Positions 30,426 through 39,916 of a stretch of DNA of 64,000 bases are shown piece by piece. A model generated the notes under the pieces. It saw only the letters and a program-made list of their open reading frames with translations, was not told where the DNA came from and ran no database searches. Origin of the DNA: an uncultured Acidobacteriota bacterium (GTDB lineage Bacteria; Acidobacteriota; Thermoanaerobaculia; UBA5066; Gp7-AA6); the NCBI GenBank assembly GCA_963736455.1, contig CAVTON010000002.1:1112620-1176619 (forward strand), written 5' to 3'. Made by a program: the position numbers and the translations under genes. Within the stretch, counting starts at the first letter, position 1. Every line of letters starts with the position of its first letter.

Positions 30426-30656
30426 GTGCCGCTCTTCGAGTACCGCTGCCGCCAGTGCGAGAAGCGCTTCGAGGAGTTCGTCCTCGGCGACGCGCAGCCG
30501 CGGTGTCCGTCCTGCGGCGGCCCAAGGCTCGAGAAGCTCCTTTCGGTGTTCGCCGTCAGCACGGCTTCGGCTGTTCGGCTTCGGGCCGGGCCGCGGAGAC
30601 TTCCGGCGGCTGCGGCTCCTGCGGCGATCCGCGGGGGCCCGGCAGCTGCTCGATGA
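30426..30656 (+). CDS. FmdB-family zinc-ribbon protein
   Basis: MPLFEYRCRQCEKRFEE...PRCPSCGGPRLEKLLS, a CxxC...CxxC ribbon with an Ala/Pro-rich tail. GTG start 9 nt after a TAGAAT hexamer. Confidence 0.7.
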   Translation: MPLFEYRCRQCEKRFEEFVLGDAQPRCPSCGGPRLEKLLSVFAVSTASAVRLRAGPRRLPAAAAPAAIRGGPAAAR

Positions 30657-30738
30657 ACTGAGCCCCCGACCTCGATCGACTGCCGAGCCCTAGGGCCGGC
30701 TCCTCCTCGGCGGCCGCTTCCGGTCCGCCGTCCCGGAG

Positions 30739-32109
30739 TCAGCGGGCGCCGGACACGGCGGCGGTCAACCCCGCCGGGGTTTGCGCGAGCTCCCGCTCCC
30801 GGGCCGCGAGAGCCCGGCGCAGTGCCTCGGGCTCATCCACGGTCGAGGACGAGAGCCCGGTAAACGGCGCCTCCGCGAGGGCCTCGCGCCAGGCCAGGGC
30901 GGGCAGGCCCCCGGCCTGGAGCGCACGGATCAGTTTCAGCGTGCGAAAGGCGTCGAACCACGTATGAAAGTGGCGCCTCATCGTGTCCGCGTCGCCCGAG
31001 CGCGCGATCGCGTCGCGTATCGCCGGGAAGGCGCCCATCTCTTCGAGCGAGGCGACCAGGAGGCCTGTCTTGAAGAACGGGTTTTCGCGCGGGAGCTCGT
31101 CGAGCGCGGCTTCCACGCGTCCGCCCGAAGCCGCGACCGCGTCGAGCGCCCTCAGCCACGCCGCCAGGTGCGCGAACGTCGCCGGATGGTAGAGGCGGAA
31201 CCCCTCGAGCGCTCCCTTCTTCGCGAGCAGCTGCGAGAGGGCCTTGCCCGTTCCGAACGGCACGCGGTCGGAGATGCGCCCCTCGAGGAGAAACGGCGTT
31301 CCCGCCAGGCGCGCGATCGATCCGGCCTTGGCGAGCTTGTCGAGGACGTAGAAGTCCTCCGCCGCGTTCTTGCGCGGAAACCCGCGCACCGCCGCATAGG
31401 CCCACGGCCGGATCGCGATGCAGCTCCCCATGGCCTCGTAGGCGTACGGCGAGCCCGCCCACGCCAGGCCGAGCACGTAGTAGCGCAGCGAGATCTCGTA
31501 GAGCCGGGCGGCCAGGGCGAGCTCCGGCTCCTCGCCGAAGCGATGCTCGAAGAAATAGATGGCCGCGGCGTTGTCCTCTTCCGGTACGGCGGCCGTCTGC
31601 TCGAAGAGGTCGTTGGCGAGGACCGTGTCGGCGTCGGTGTTGTGAATCCAGGGCGAAGCGAGGCGTCCGGCCGCGTGCAGCCGGAGGGCCAGGTCATTTC
31701 CGATCTTGCGGGCGAGACCCACGCCCTGGCCCTCGGGAAGGAAGCGGCCCGGTCCGGCCCGGTCGATGACGACGATCGTTCCGTTCGGATAGCTCAGGGC
31801 GGACGCGGGCGGATCGGCCCCGATCTCGACGGAGGCGCTCGCGGCCTCCGCGAGGCGGCCGGCGGAGGCGCGGTTGATTTCGTGGACCGGAGCGGGAGAC
31901 CCGGCGCGCGCGTTGAGGACGACGATCACGAGCGTCGGCCCCCGCTCGACCCGCGGGATCGAGCCGAGCGTGTCGAAGAGACTCTGCGCTTCGCCGTAGG
32001 CGGGGACGACGACGACGTGCTCGAAGCGGCCCTCGAGCCGTTCGGCGAGCTTCGCCTCCGGCTCGGCGTGGCGCGACAGGTATTGCTCGACCGCTCTGGC
32101 CGAAGTCAC
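30739..32109 (-). CDS. Glycosyltransferase family 2-like protein (function unknown)
   Basis: HVVVVPAYGEAQ...IVVLNARAG...WIHNTDADTVL is a GT-A-like N-terminal half. The C-terminal half has no recognised motif. Confidence 0.4.
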   Translation of the reverse strand: MTSARAVEQYLSRHAEPEAKLAERLEGRFEHVVVVPAYGEAQSLFDTLGSIPRVERGPTLVIVVLNARAGSPAPVHEINRASAGRLAEAASASVEIGADPPASALSYPNGTIVVIDRAGPGRFLPEGQGVGLARKIGNDLALRLHAAGRLASPWIHNTDADTVLANDLFEQTAAVPEEDNAAAIYFFEHRFGEEPELALAARLYEISLRYYVLGLAWAGSPYAYEAMGSCIAIRPWAYAAVRGFPRKNAAEDFYVLDKLAKAGSIARLAGTPFLLEGRISDRVPFGTGKALSQLLAKKGALEGFRLYHPATFAHLAAWLRALDAVAASGGRVEAALDELPRENPFFKTGLLVASLEEMGAFPAIRDAIARSGDADTMRRHFHTWFDAFRTLKLIRALQAGGLPALAWREALAEAPFTGLSSSTVDEPEALRRALAARERELAQTPAGLTAAVSGAR

Positions 32110-32126
32110 GCCGGGGAGTCTACCTT

Positions 32127-32696
32127 TCAGTAGAGGGCGGCGCGCACCGGGAGGTCCGCCGCGATGCCCGCCTCCGCGTCGAGGATCTCGCCGAGGCGCG
32201 CCTCGGTTTCGTCGGGCGCGAAGTAGGTGCGCGCGAGATCCAGGTAGAGCTCGTGGTGCCGAACCTCCGCGCGCGCGAGATCGCGGTAGAAGTCCTGGAG
32301 CGGCCCCGCCGGAAGGGACGCGGCGAGAAGACCGAAGCGCTCGCAGCCCCGCGCCTCCACGACGGCGGCCGTGAGGAGACGATCGAGGAAGTAGGCGTCG
32401 CGGCCCTCCCGGAACTCCGCCGCGAGACGGCGCAGGTAGGCGCTCCGGACGTCCGGGCCGAGGATCCCGCCTCGTTCGGCGAGCCTCGCGTGGACGGCCC
32501 GGAAGTGCTCGAGCTCCTCGATCGAGAGCGCGATGAGCCGCTCGACCAGCTCCGCCCGGTCCGGGTAGTGCGCGACCAGCGCGAGCGCCGACGCCGAGGC
32601 CTTGCGCTCGTTCGCCGCGTGATCGACGAGGAACGCATCCAGGTCCGCGAGGACGGCCGCCGTCCAGGCGGGGCTCGTGGCGACCTTGAGCCGCAT
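32127..32696 (-). CDS. miaE: MiaE-like ferritin-fold di-iron tRNA (ms2io6A37) hydroxylase
   Basis: 189 aa with paired ExxH motifs (IEELEHF, AEVRHHE), typical of MiaE. Confidence 0.5.
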   Translation of the reverse strand: MRLKVATSPAWTAAVLADLDAFLVDHAANERKASASALALVAHYPDRAELVERLIALSIEELEHFRAVHARLAERGGILGPDVRSAYLRRLAAEFREGRDAYFLDRLLTAAVVEARGCERFGLLAASLPAGPLQDFYRDLARAEVRHHELYLDLARTYFAPDETEARLGEILDAEAGIAADLPVRAALY

Positions 32697-32709
32697 CGGC
32701 CGGCGGCCC

Positions 32710-32991
32710 CTACCCGCCGCTGACGGCGGGCAGGATCGCGATCTCCGAGCCCTCGGGAACCCGCATGGCCAGGCCGCCGCCGTCGCGGATGTTCGTCTCG
32801 GCCACGAAGAGGTTGACGTGAGGACGCACCTCGCCGCGTTCGGTCAGGATCCGTTCCGTCAGGCCCGGGTGCGCCGTCCCCAGGGCGGCGAGCGCCTCGC
32901 GCACCGTCGAAGGCGACCCCTCCACGGAGACCGCCGTGCGGCCATCCGAGAACGGCCGGAGCGGTCCCGGAATCAGGAAACGGACGCTCAT
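32710..32991 (-). CDS. MoaD/ThiS-family sulfur-carrier-like protein (93 aa, C-terminal GG)
   Basis: MSVRFLIPGPLRPFSDGRTAVSVEG...EIAILPAVSGG ends in Gly-Gly. The ATG overlaps the upstream stop (TGATG). The track shows only a 127-aa N-terminally extended version. Confidence 0.6.
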   Translation of the reverse strand: MSVRFLIPGPLRPFSDGRTAVSVEGSPSTVREALAALGTAHPGLTERILTERGEVRPHVNLFVAETNIRDGGGLAMRVPEGSEIAILPAVSGG

Positions 32992-34208
32992 CACGCGGCC
33001 CGGCGCGCGCGCTTGCGCGGGCGCGCGGCGGCGGACGGCCGGCGCACGGCCCGCCTCGCGTGGACGTGCTCGGCCCGCGCCGCCTTCACACACACGATCG
33101 GCGGGAGCCCGTCATGGAGGAGCGCCCACGTCCGGCCCTCGTCCCGCGATCCGTAGAGCTTCCCGCTCCGCGTGCCGAAGTAGACGCCCGCCGGATCGAA
33201 TCCGTCCACGGACATCCCGTCGCGGACGACGGTCTCGAGCGCGTCCTTCTGTGGAAGTCCGCGCGTGAGCGCCTGCCACGACCCGCCGCCGTCTCGCGTG
33301 CGGTACACGCGCAGCCGGCCGTCGGGCGTGCAGCGAAACCCGTCGGAGTGCAGGGGCACGACGTATGCCGTGTCCGGGTCCTGAGGATGGATTCCCAGGC
33401 AGAAGCCGAAGTCCGACGGCACGCCGTTCGCCACGTCCTTCCAGGTGTCGCCTCCGTCGTCCGAGCGGTAGAGGCCCCAGTGGTTTTGAAGGAACAGGCG
33501 GCCCGGCCGGGCGCGATGGTGCACGATCTTGTGAACGCACTGCCCGAATTCCGGGTTTGGATCGGGAAAGTACTCCGCGCGAACGCCGCGATTTCGAGCC
33601 CGCCAGGTCTTTCCGCCATCGTCGGAACGGTAGACGCCACCCGTGGAGATCGCGACCGTCAGCCGTCCGCCCTGCGAGGGGTCGACCAGGATCGTGTGGA
33701 GGCAGAGTCCTCCGCCGCCCGGCATCCACTTCTCTCGATGCGGATGATCCCAGAGGCCGTGGTTCAGCGTCCACGTGCTTCCGCCGTCGCGGGACTCGAA
33801 GAGCGCCGATGGCTCGACGCCGCAATAGAGGGTGTCGGGCTCCGTCGCGCGACCCGGCGCGATTTGCCAGATGTTCTTCAGCGCGGCCCCGGAAGACTCG
33901 GGGAATCGCACGAGCGGCATCTCGGGCCGCTCCCAGGTCCTGCCGAAATCGTCGCTCCACGCGAGCTCGGCGCCCCAGTGCATGCTCGAGGGTGCGGCCC
34001 AGATCCGCTTTCGTCCCGCCCGGGAGTCGAAGGCCGCTCCGTAAACGGAGGAGCCCGGAAAAAAGGGGCCCGCCATGGCCCAGCGCCGGCGGGCGGGTCC
34101 GGAGCCGAAGAGAAAGAGTCCCTTCATCGTTCCGACCAGCAGGAGCGCGTCTCCGTCGCGGACCGGGAGGCGGGACGGAGCGGGGGTCTCGAGCTTCTTT
34201 GCGGGCAT
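32991..34208 (-). CDS. BNR/Asp-box repeat beta-propeller protein (sialidase-like fold)
   Basis: Six S/TxDxGxTW Asp-boxes (SDDFGRTW, SRDGGSTW, SDDGGKTW, SDDGGDTW, TRDGGGSW, SRDEGRTW). Confidence 0.7.
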   Translation of the reverse strand: MPAKKLETPAPSRLPVRDGDALLLVGTMKGLFLFGSGPARRRWAMAGPFFPGSSVYGAAFDSRAGRKRIWAAPSSMHWGAELAWSDDFGRTWERPEMPLVRFPESSGAALKNIWQIAPGRATEPDTLYCGVEPSALFESRDGGSTWTLNHGLWDHPHREKWMPGGGGLCLHTILVDPSQGGRLTVAISTGGVYRSDDGGKTWRARNRGVRAEYFPDPNPEFGQCVHKIVHHRARPGRLFLQNHWGLYRSDDGGDTWKDVANGVPSDFGFCLGIHPQDPDTAYVVPLHSDGFRCTPDGRLRVYRTRDGGGSWQALTRGLPQKDALETVVRDGMSVDGFDPAGVYFGTRSGKLYGSRDEGRTWALLHDGLPPIVCVKAARAEHVHARRAVRRPSAAARPRKRARRAA

Positions 34209-34235
34209 GGGGGAAGTCTACGGGATTTCGCGCCC

Positions 34236-34838
34236 TCAGTTCTGAGAGAGCGCGAGCCACCGGGCCCAGATCTCTTCGACCTGGCGCCGGAGGTCCTCGG
34301 CCGATCCGTCGTTGACGATGACGTCGTGCGCCCGGCGGGCGGCCTCCTCGGGCGGCATCTGCGCCGCGATGCGCCGGAGCGCGTCGTCGGCGGTTCCGCC
34401 GCGCTCGACCCATCGGCGGATTCGCGCGTCCATCGGCGCCGTGACGAGAAGGACCCGGTCGTACTCGGGCTCGGTGCCCGCTTCGAACAGGAGAGTCGCC
34501 TCGCACACCGCGACCCTGGCGCCGGCCCAGGCGGCCTGGCCGAACCGCCGCTCGCGTTCTTCCTGGACGAGGGGGTGGATCCGGACCTCGAGCGCCCGCC
34601 GGGCTTCCGGATCGTCGAACACGATCGCGGCCACGCGGCTCCGGTCGACCGCGCCCGCCTCGTCGAGCACCGTGCCGCCGAACAGGTCTCGCGCGGCGTA
34701 CGCGGCGGCCCCGCCGGGCCGGTAGAGGTCGCGCACCAGCTCGTCGGCATCGAAGACGGCCGCCCCGCGGTCGGCGAGCAGTCTCCCGACCGTGGACTTT
34801 CCGGTCGCGAGGCCGCCCGTGAGCCCGACCCTCAACAT
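34236..34838 (-). CDS. coaE: Dephospho-CoA kinase
   Basis: LRVGLTGGLATGKSTV P-loop with CoaE family length and motifs. Confidence 0.85.
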   Translation of the reverse strand: MLRVGLTGGLATGKSTVGRLLADRGAAVFDADELVRDLYRPGGAAAYAARDLFGGTVLDEAGAVDRSRVAAIVFDDPEARRALEVRIHPLVQEERERRFGQAAWAGARVAVCEATLLFEAGTEPEYDRVLLVTAPMDARIRRWVERGGTADDALRRIAAQMPPEEAARRAHDVIVNDGSAEDLRRQVEEIWARWLALSQN

Positions 34839-34850
34839 CTCGATTCTCGA

Positions 34851-36167
34851 CTACCGATTCGCGGCTCCGACACCGGTCACGACGCGTCCGCCCTTCATGA
34901 CCCAGTCCACGTTTTCGAGGACGGTCACGCCGGCGAGCGGGTCGCCGGCGACGGCGACGAGGTCCGCGTAGGCGCCCTTCGCGACGACGCCGATCTGCCC
35001 GGTCAGGCCGAGCAGCTCCGCGGCGTTCGACGTGGCGGTCCGGATCGCCTCGATCGGCGTCATGCCGAGCTCGACCTCGTAGCCGAACTCCTTCGCTTCG
35101 TTGAGCTCGGTCCAGGGAAAGCCGCCGGCGTCGGTGCCGAAGACGATCTTCACGCCGGCCTTCCGGCAGTTCTCGAAGGACTTCGCCTGGATCTTCACCG
35201 ACTGACTGCAGATCTCGCAGCCCGCGGCGGCCCGCGGACCCGAGACGTAACGGACGACCGTCAGGGTCGGGCAGAAGACGATCCCCTTTTTCGCCATCTC
35301 GGCCGCGATCTCCGGCCGGATCGAATCCCCGTGCTCGATCGAGTCGACGCCCGCGTCGACCGCCAGGCGCACGCCGCTGTCCGACCGGGCGTGGGCGGCG
35401 ACCTTCACTCCCTTCGCATGGGCTTCGGAGACGACCGCCTCGATCTCGTCCTTCGTCCAGTTGGGCGGCGAATCCACGTACCCGTCGGCCGTCAGCCGCA
35501 GGCCCCCGGTGTTGGCGTAGACCTTGACCCAGTCGGTGCCGTACGAGATCTGCTCGCGCACGGCCTTGCGGCAGGCGTCGGCGCCGTCGCAGATCATGAC
35601 GCCCGTCGGGAACTTCCAGTCGGGCCGGAAATGCGTGATCGGGTACGAGCCCGTCGTCGACAGCGCCGGTCCGACGACCTTCAGGCGCGGACCCGGGACG
35701 ACGCCTTCGTTGACCGCGTCGCGGATCGCCACGTCGGCATAGCCCGCTCCCTCGGTCTCGAGATCGCGCATGGTCGTGAAGCCGTGGGACAGGCCGATCT
35801 GCATGGCCCGCACCGCCCGGACGACGCGGTGCGCCGGGTATTCCTTGAGGATCTGGTCCTCGTACTCGCCCGCGGTCGCGTCGCCCTGCAGGAGGATGTG
35901 GGTGTGCGCATCCACGAACCCGGGCAGCAGAACGCGGCCGCCGAGGTCGATGACCGTCGCCCCGGGAGGCACCGCCGTGCCGACCGAGTCGATCCGGTCG
36001 CCGACGACGACGACGACCGGATGCTCGACGTAGCGTCCGGAACGGACGTCGAGCAGACGGGCGGCGCGAACGGCCACGGGGGCCGGGGGGGCGGCGGGCG
36101 GGTCGGCGGCGGAGAGAGGCAGGCTCGCGGTCAGCGCGAGGGCGGCCAGAGCGAGACTTTTTTTCAC
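34851..36167 (-). CDS. Secreted metal-dependent amidohydrolase
   Basis: Signal peptide. LPGFVDAHTHIL (HxH), HARSD, FGTDAGG: the amidohydrolase metal ligands. Confidence 0.8.
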   Translation of the reverse strand: MKKSLALAALALTASLPLSAADPPAAPPAPVAVRAARLLDVRSGRYVEHPVVVVVGDRIDSVGTAVPPGATVIDLGGRVLLPGFVDAHTHILLQGDATAGEYEDQILKEYPAHRVVRAVRAMQIGLSHGFTTMRDLETEGAGYADVAIRDAVNEGVVPGPRLKVVGPALSTTGSYPITHFRPDWKFPTGVMICDGADACRKAVREQISYGTDWVKVYANTGGLRLTADGYVDSPPNWTKDEIEAVVSEAHAKGVKVAAHARSDSGVRLAVDAGVDSIEHGDSIRPEIAAEMAKKGIVFCPTLTVVRYVSGPRAAAGCEICSQSVKIQAKSFENCRKAGVKIVFGTDAGGFPWTELNEAKEFGYEVELGMTPIEAIRTATSNAAELLGLTGQIGVVAKGAYADLVAVAGDPLAGVTVLENVDWVMKGGRVVTGVGAANR

Positions 36168-36252
36168 GGTTCCTCCTCGGATTCGACCGGAAGAGACTAT
36201 CGCGACGGGGGGAAGAGGACTCTCGGCCTATTGCGCCGGACGTTACTCTTTC

Positions 36253-36287
36253 GGCATCCCGCCTCGACTACGTCGGGCCGGGATGCC
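36253..36287. promoter_or_regulatory. Nested inverted repeat in the divergent amidohydrolase/padR intergenic region (candidate operator)
   Basis: GGCATCCCG(36253-61)...CGGGATGCC(36279-87), a perfect 9-bp inverted repeat enclosing the palindrome CGACTACGTCG. Confidence 0.3.
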
Positions 36288-36339
36288 GACGCGGCGTTTC
36301 CCGCCGCGGGGGGGAAACCTTCTTGCGGGAACCGACGTA

Positions 36340-36356
36340 GACTCCTGTAGAGAGTC
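36340..36356. promoter_or_regulatory. Inverted repeat GACTC-N7-GAGTC just upstream of the padR RBS (candidate PadR autoregulatory site)
   Basis: GACTCctgtagaGAGTC lies 15-30 nt upstream of ATG 36371 and overlaps TAGACT/TAGAGA -10-like hexamers. TTGCGG -35-like at 36323. Confidence 0.3.
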
Positions 36357-36370
36357 GAGAGGAGAACCCG

Positions 36371-36703
36371 ATGGCGCCTTCGAAGAGCGACTTGCTGCAG
36401 GGAACCCTGGACGTCCTGGTCCTGAAGACCCTTTCCGCCGGGCCGATGCACGGCTGGGGGATCTCCCAGCGGATCCAGCAGCTTTCCGAGGAAGTGCTGG
36501 AGGTCAACCAGGGCTCCCTTTACCCGGCGCTCCACCGCCTGGAGGAGAAGGGCTGGATTTCCGCCGAGTGGGGCAGCTCCGAGAACAACCGGCGCGCCCG
36601 TTTCTACAGCCTGACGCGCGCCGGAAGAAAGCAGCTCGCCGAGGGGACGGAAAGCTGGGAACGGTTCGCGGCGGCGGTCGGACGGGTTCTCGCGGCAACC
36701 TAG
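36371..36703 (+). CDS. PadR-family transcriptional regulator
   Basis: [20 protein letters not shown]...[16 protein letters not shown] is a winged-helix PadR. Confidence 0.85.
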   Translation: MAPSKSDLLQGTLDVLVLKTLSAGPMHGWGISQRIQQLSEEVLEVNQGSLYPALHRLEEKGWISAEWGSSENNRRARFYSLTRAGRKQLAEGTESWERFAAAVGRVLAAT

Positions 36704-36724
36704 GAAACGAGCGAGGAGGACGCG

Positions 36725-39379
36725 ATGCTTCGAAAGATCACGAGCAGCCTGGGCGTGCTTTTCGGATCGCGGCGGCGGGAACGCGAGCTCGACGAGGAGA
36801 TCGCCTTCCACCTCGAGCACGAAGTCGAGAAGAACCGCGGGCGCGGAATGTCGCCCGACGAGGCGCGGCGGGCGGCCCTCCTCGAGTTCGGCGGCGTGGA
36901 CAAGGCGAAGGACGAATCCCGCGACGCGAGCCGCGCGATGCTGTTCGAGACGGTCCTCCAGGATGCCCGATACGGCTGGCGCACGCTCCGCAAGAGCCCC
37001 GGTTACGCGGCCGCGGCGATCCTGACGCTGGCCCTCGGCATCGGGGCGAACACCGCGATCTTCTCGGTCGTCCACGGCGTGCTGCTCCAGTCGCTGCCGT
37101 ACGGCGGCGGGGACCGCCTGGTCCGCCTGCGGGTCGACGCCCCGGGTGCGGGCATCGAGGATGGGCGGTTCGCCGTTCCCGAGATCGAGGACATGCGTGC
37201 GCTCAGCCGGACCGTGGAGGGGATCGTCGAATACCACTCCATGTTCTTCGTGCTCCTCGGCGGCACCGAGCCGCAGCGCGTCCAGACGGGAGTCGTCTCG
37301 GCCAACTACTTCGACACGCTCGGCGTGACCCCGATCCTCGGCCGGACGTTCCTTCCGGGCGAGGACCGGCGCGGCGCCGAGGCCGTTCTCGTTCTCTCCC
37401 ACGATTACTGGATGCGCGCTTTCGGCGGCGACCCGTCGGTCGTCGGACGCGTCTTCCAGATGAACGACCGGCCCCACACGGTCATCGGCGTCCTGCCGCC
37501 GATCCCGGGCTATCCCGAGAACAACGACCTCTACATGCCCGTGTCGGCGTGTCCCTTCCGCTCCGATCCGATGATGGACACGGACCGCCACATGGGCATG
37601 CTCCAGGCGTTCGGGAGGCTCAAGCCCGGCGTGGACCTCGACGCCGCCCGGTCCGATCTCGCCTCCGTCGCGGCGCGCGTCGCGCGCGATCACCCGGCGG
37701 ACTATCCGGCCTCGGTTCACTACTCGCTCGCCCCGGTGTCCCTGCGCGAGGAGCTGACCCGGCAGGCGCGGCCGACGTTCCTGCTTCTGTTCGGAACCGT
37801 GGGCCTCGTCCTCCTCCTCGCCTGCGCGAACGTGGCGAATCTGTCGCTCGCGCGGCTGGTGCGCCGGGAGCGCGAGATGGCGCTCCGCTCGGCGCTCGGC
37901 GCGGGCCGCGGCCGTCTGTCGCGCCAGCTTCTGACCGAGAGCCTGCTCGTCTCCCTGACCGGAGGCCTTCTCGGGGTCGCCTTCGCCGCATCGGGACGAG
38001 GGCTGCTCGTCCACTTCGCCAGGCGCTTCACGCCTCGAGCCGCGGAGATCGCGATCGATCTTCCGGTGCTGGTCTTCTCCCTCGGGGTCTCCCTCGTCGT
38101 CGGGATCGCGCTCGGCCTCCTGCCCGCCCTCTCCTCGCGAAGGAGCCTGTCCTCGGCGCTGCAGGACGGGCGCGACTCCTCGGGTGCGACGCCGGCTCGC
38201 CTGCGCGTGCGCAACGTGCTCATCGCCGGACAGGTGGCGATCTCGTTCGTGCTCCTCGTCGGCGCGGGGCTCATGCTGCGCACCCTGTGGAAGCTCTCGC
38301 ACGTCGACACGGGGTTTCACGCCGAGCACGTGTTGACCGCGCGCGTGAGCCTGAACTTCACGCGCTACTCGACCAAGGAGCAGCGGCTCGAGTTTCAGGA
38401 CCGTTTGCTCCAACGCCTCTCGGGCGAACCGGGAGTCCTGTCGGTCGCGCTGGCGGGAACCTTCCCCCTGAACGAGGGCGGGCCGGCCGACGGCCAGTAC
38501 GACCTCGAGGGACGTCCGGCTCCCTCGGAGGACAAGAAGCCTCACGCCGATTTCCAGCGAGTCAGCGCCGGCTACTTCAGGACGATCGGAGTCCCCCTGC
38601 TGCGCGGCCGCGCCATCGCCGCCTCCGATCGGTTCGAGGCGCCGATGGTGGCCGTCATCAACGAGCACATGGCCCGGCACGTCTGGCCGAGCGAGGACCC
38701 GGTCGGCAAGCGCATCCGGATCGAGACCGATCGGGGAAAGATGTCCTCGGTCGAGATCGTGGGCGTCGTCGGCGACGTCCGGCAGTATTCGCTCGCCGCC
38801 GCGCCGCTCGACCAGGTCTTCCTCTCGATCCGGCAGTTCACGGGGCTCGGGACCTGCCTCGTCCGCACCGCGGCCGATCCGCTCCGGCTGGAGCAGGTCG
38901 TGCGGGCGGCCGTCCATGCCATCGGTCCCGAGCAGCCGGTCGACCACATCCGCACGCTCGACGAGGTGCGCTCGGGCGTGCTCGACACCCCTCGCCTGAC
39001 GGCGACGCTGCTGGCGCTCTTCGCGAGCCTCGCGCTGATCATCACCGCGACCGGGATCGCCGGCGTCATCGGGTTCTCCGTCGGGCAGCGGCGCCAGGAG
39101 TTCGGAATTCGCATGGCGTTGGGCGCCCTGCCCGGAACGGTCCGCGCGATGGTGCTGCGCCAGGGGATGCGCCAGGTTGGAATCGGGATGGCGCTCGGCG
39201 TCGCCGCGGCCCTCATCCTGACGCGGCTCTGGTCGAGCCTCCTGTACGAGGTGTCCCCGACGGACCCGCCGACGTTTCTGGTCGTGGCGCTCATGCTGCT
39301 CGCGGTCGCGGCGATCGCCTGTTTGATTCCCGCCCGCCGCGCGACCTCGGTCGATCCGATGGTCGCCCTGCGGGGCTGA
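36725..39379 (+). CDS. FtsX/MacB-type duplicated ABC permease (ADOP-like)
   Basis: 884 aa with two MacB_PCD plus FtsX halves and the typical C-terminus RRATSVDPMVALRG. Downstream of padR. Confidence 0.85.
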   Translation: MLRKITSSLGVLFGSRRRERELDEEIAFHLEHEVEKNRGRGMSPDEARRAALLEFGGVDKAKDESRDASRAMLFETVLQDARYGWRTLRKSPGYAAAAILTLALGIGANTAIFSVVHGVLLQSLPYGGGDRLVRLRVDAPGAGIEDGRFAVPEIEDMRALSRTVEGIVEYHSMFFVLLGGTEPQRVQTGVVSANYFDTLGVTPILGRTFLPGEDRRGAEAVLVLSHDYWMRAFGGDPSVVGRVFQMNDRPHTVIGVLPPIPGYPENNDLYMPVSACPFRSDPMMDTDRHMGMLQAFGRLKPGVDLDAARSDLASVAARVARDHPADYPASVHYSLAPVSLREELTRQARPTFLLLFGTVGLVLLLACANVANLSLARLVRREREMALRSALGAGRGRLSRQLLTESLLVSLTGGLLGVAFAASGRGLLVHFARRFTPRAAEIAIDLPVLVFSLGVSLVVGIALGLLPALSSRRSLSSALQDGRDSSGATPARLRVRNVLIAGQVAISFVLLVGAGLMLRTLWKLSHVDTGFHAEHVLTARVSLNFTRYSTKEQRLEFQDRLLQRLSGEPGVLSVALAGTFPLNEGGPADGQYDLEGRPAPSEDKKPHADFQRVSAGYFRTIGVPLLRGRAIAASDRFEAPMVAVINEHMARHVWPSEDPVGKRIRIETDRGKMSSVEIVGVVGDVRQYSLAAAPLDQVFLSIRQFTGLGTCLVRTAADPLRLEQVVRAAVHAIGPEQPVDHIRTLDEVRSGVLDTPRLTATLLALFASLALIITATGIAGVIGFSVGQRRQEFGIRMALGALPGTVRAMVLRQGMRQVGIGMALGVAAALILTRLWSSLLYEVSPTDPPTFLVVALMLLAVAAIACLIPARRATSVDPMVALRG

Positions 39380-39442
39380 TGAGCCGGGACCGAAAACCGG
39401 GGACCGATTTCTCCGTTTAAACGACGGGGGAGGTCCGTTTCG

Positions 39443-39916
39443 ATGGCGACCATTTCGATCACCGTCAACGGGAAGGTCCGGTCCGTCGAGGCGGCCGATC
39501 CGAGCATCCCCCTGCTCTGGGTTCTCCGGGACCGGCTCGGCCTGACGGGCACGAAGTTCGGCTGCGGCGTCGGCGCGTGCGGCGCGTGCACCGTCCACGT
39601 GGACGGCGCGGCGATGCGCTCCTGCCAGGTTCCGCTGTCGTCGCTGTCGGGCCGCCGCGTGACCACGATCGAGGGGCTCTCCGCCGACGGCACGCATCCG
39701 TGCCAGCTCGCCTGGCTGGCGGAGGACGTGGCACAGTGCGGCTACTGTCAGCCCGGGATGATCATGGAGGCGGCCGCGTTGATGGCCGGAAAGAAGAAGG
39801 CCGCCGCGGCGGAGATCGAGTCGGCGCTCAACAATCACGTCTGCCGCTGTGGCACGTACGGGCGGATGAAGCGGGCCATCCGGCGGCTGGCTTCCTCGGG
39901 CCCGAGAGCGCGATGA
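39443..39916 (+). CDS. Molybdo-hydroxylase small subunit, (2Fe-2S)-binding (IorA/aldehyde oxidoreductase gamma-like)
   Basis: CGVGACGACTV and CGYCQPG...CRCGTY are two [2Fe-2S] motifs. Confidence 0.85.
   Translation: MATISITVNGKVRSVEAADPSIPLLWVLRDRLGLTGTKFGCGVGACGACTVHVDGAAMRSCQVPLSSLSGRRVTTIEGLSADGTHPCQLAWLAEDVAQCGYCQPGMIMEAAALMAGKKKAAAAEIESALNNHVCRCGTYGRMKRAIRRLASSGPRAR

Noticed and set aside
30426-30656. FmdB ORF as spurious because of its GTG start with no SD and its Ala/Pro-rich tail
   Set aside because: The N-terminal CxxC-X(n)-CPxCG zinc ribbon (YRCRQC...CPSCGG) is a clean FmdB-family signature. Low-complexity tails are normal in this family.
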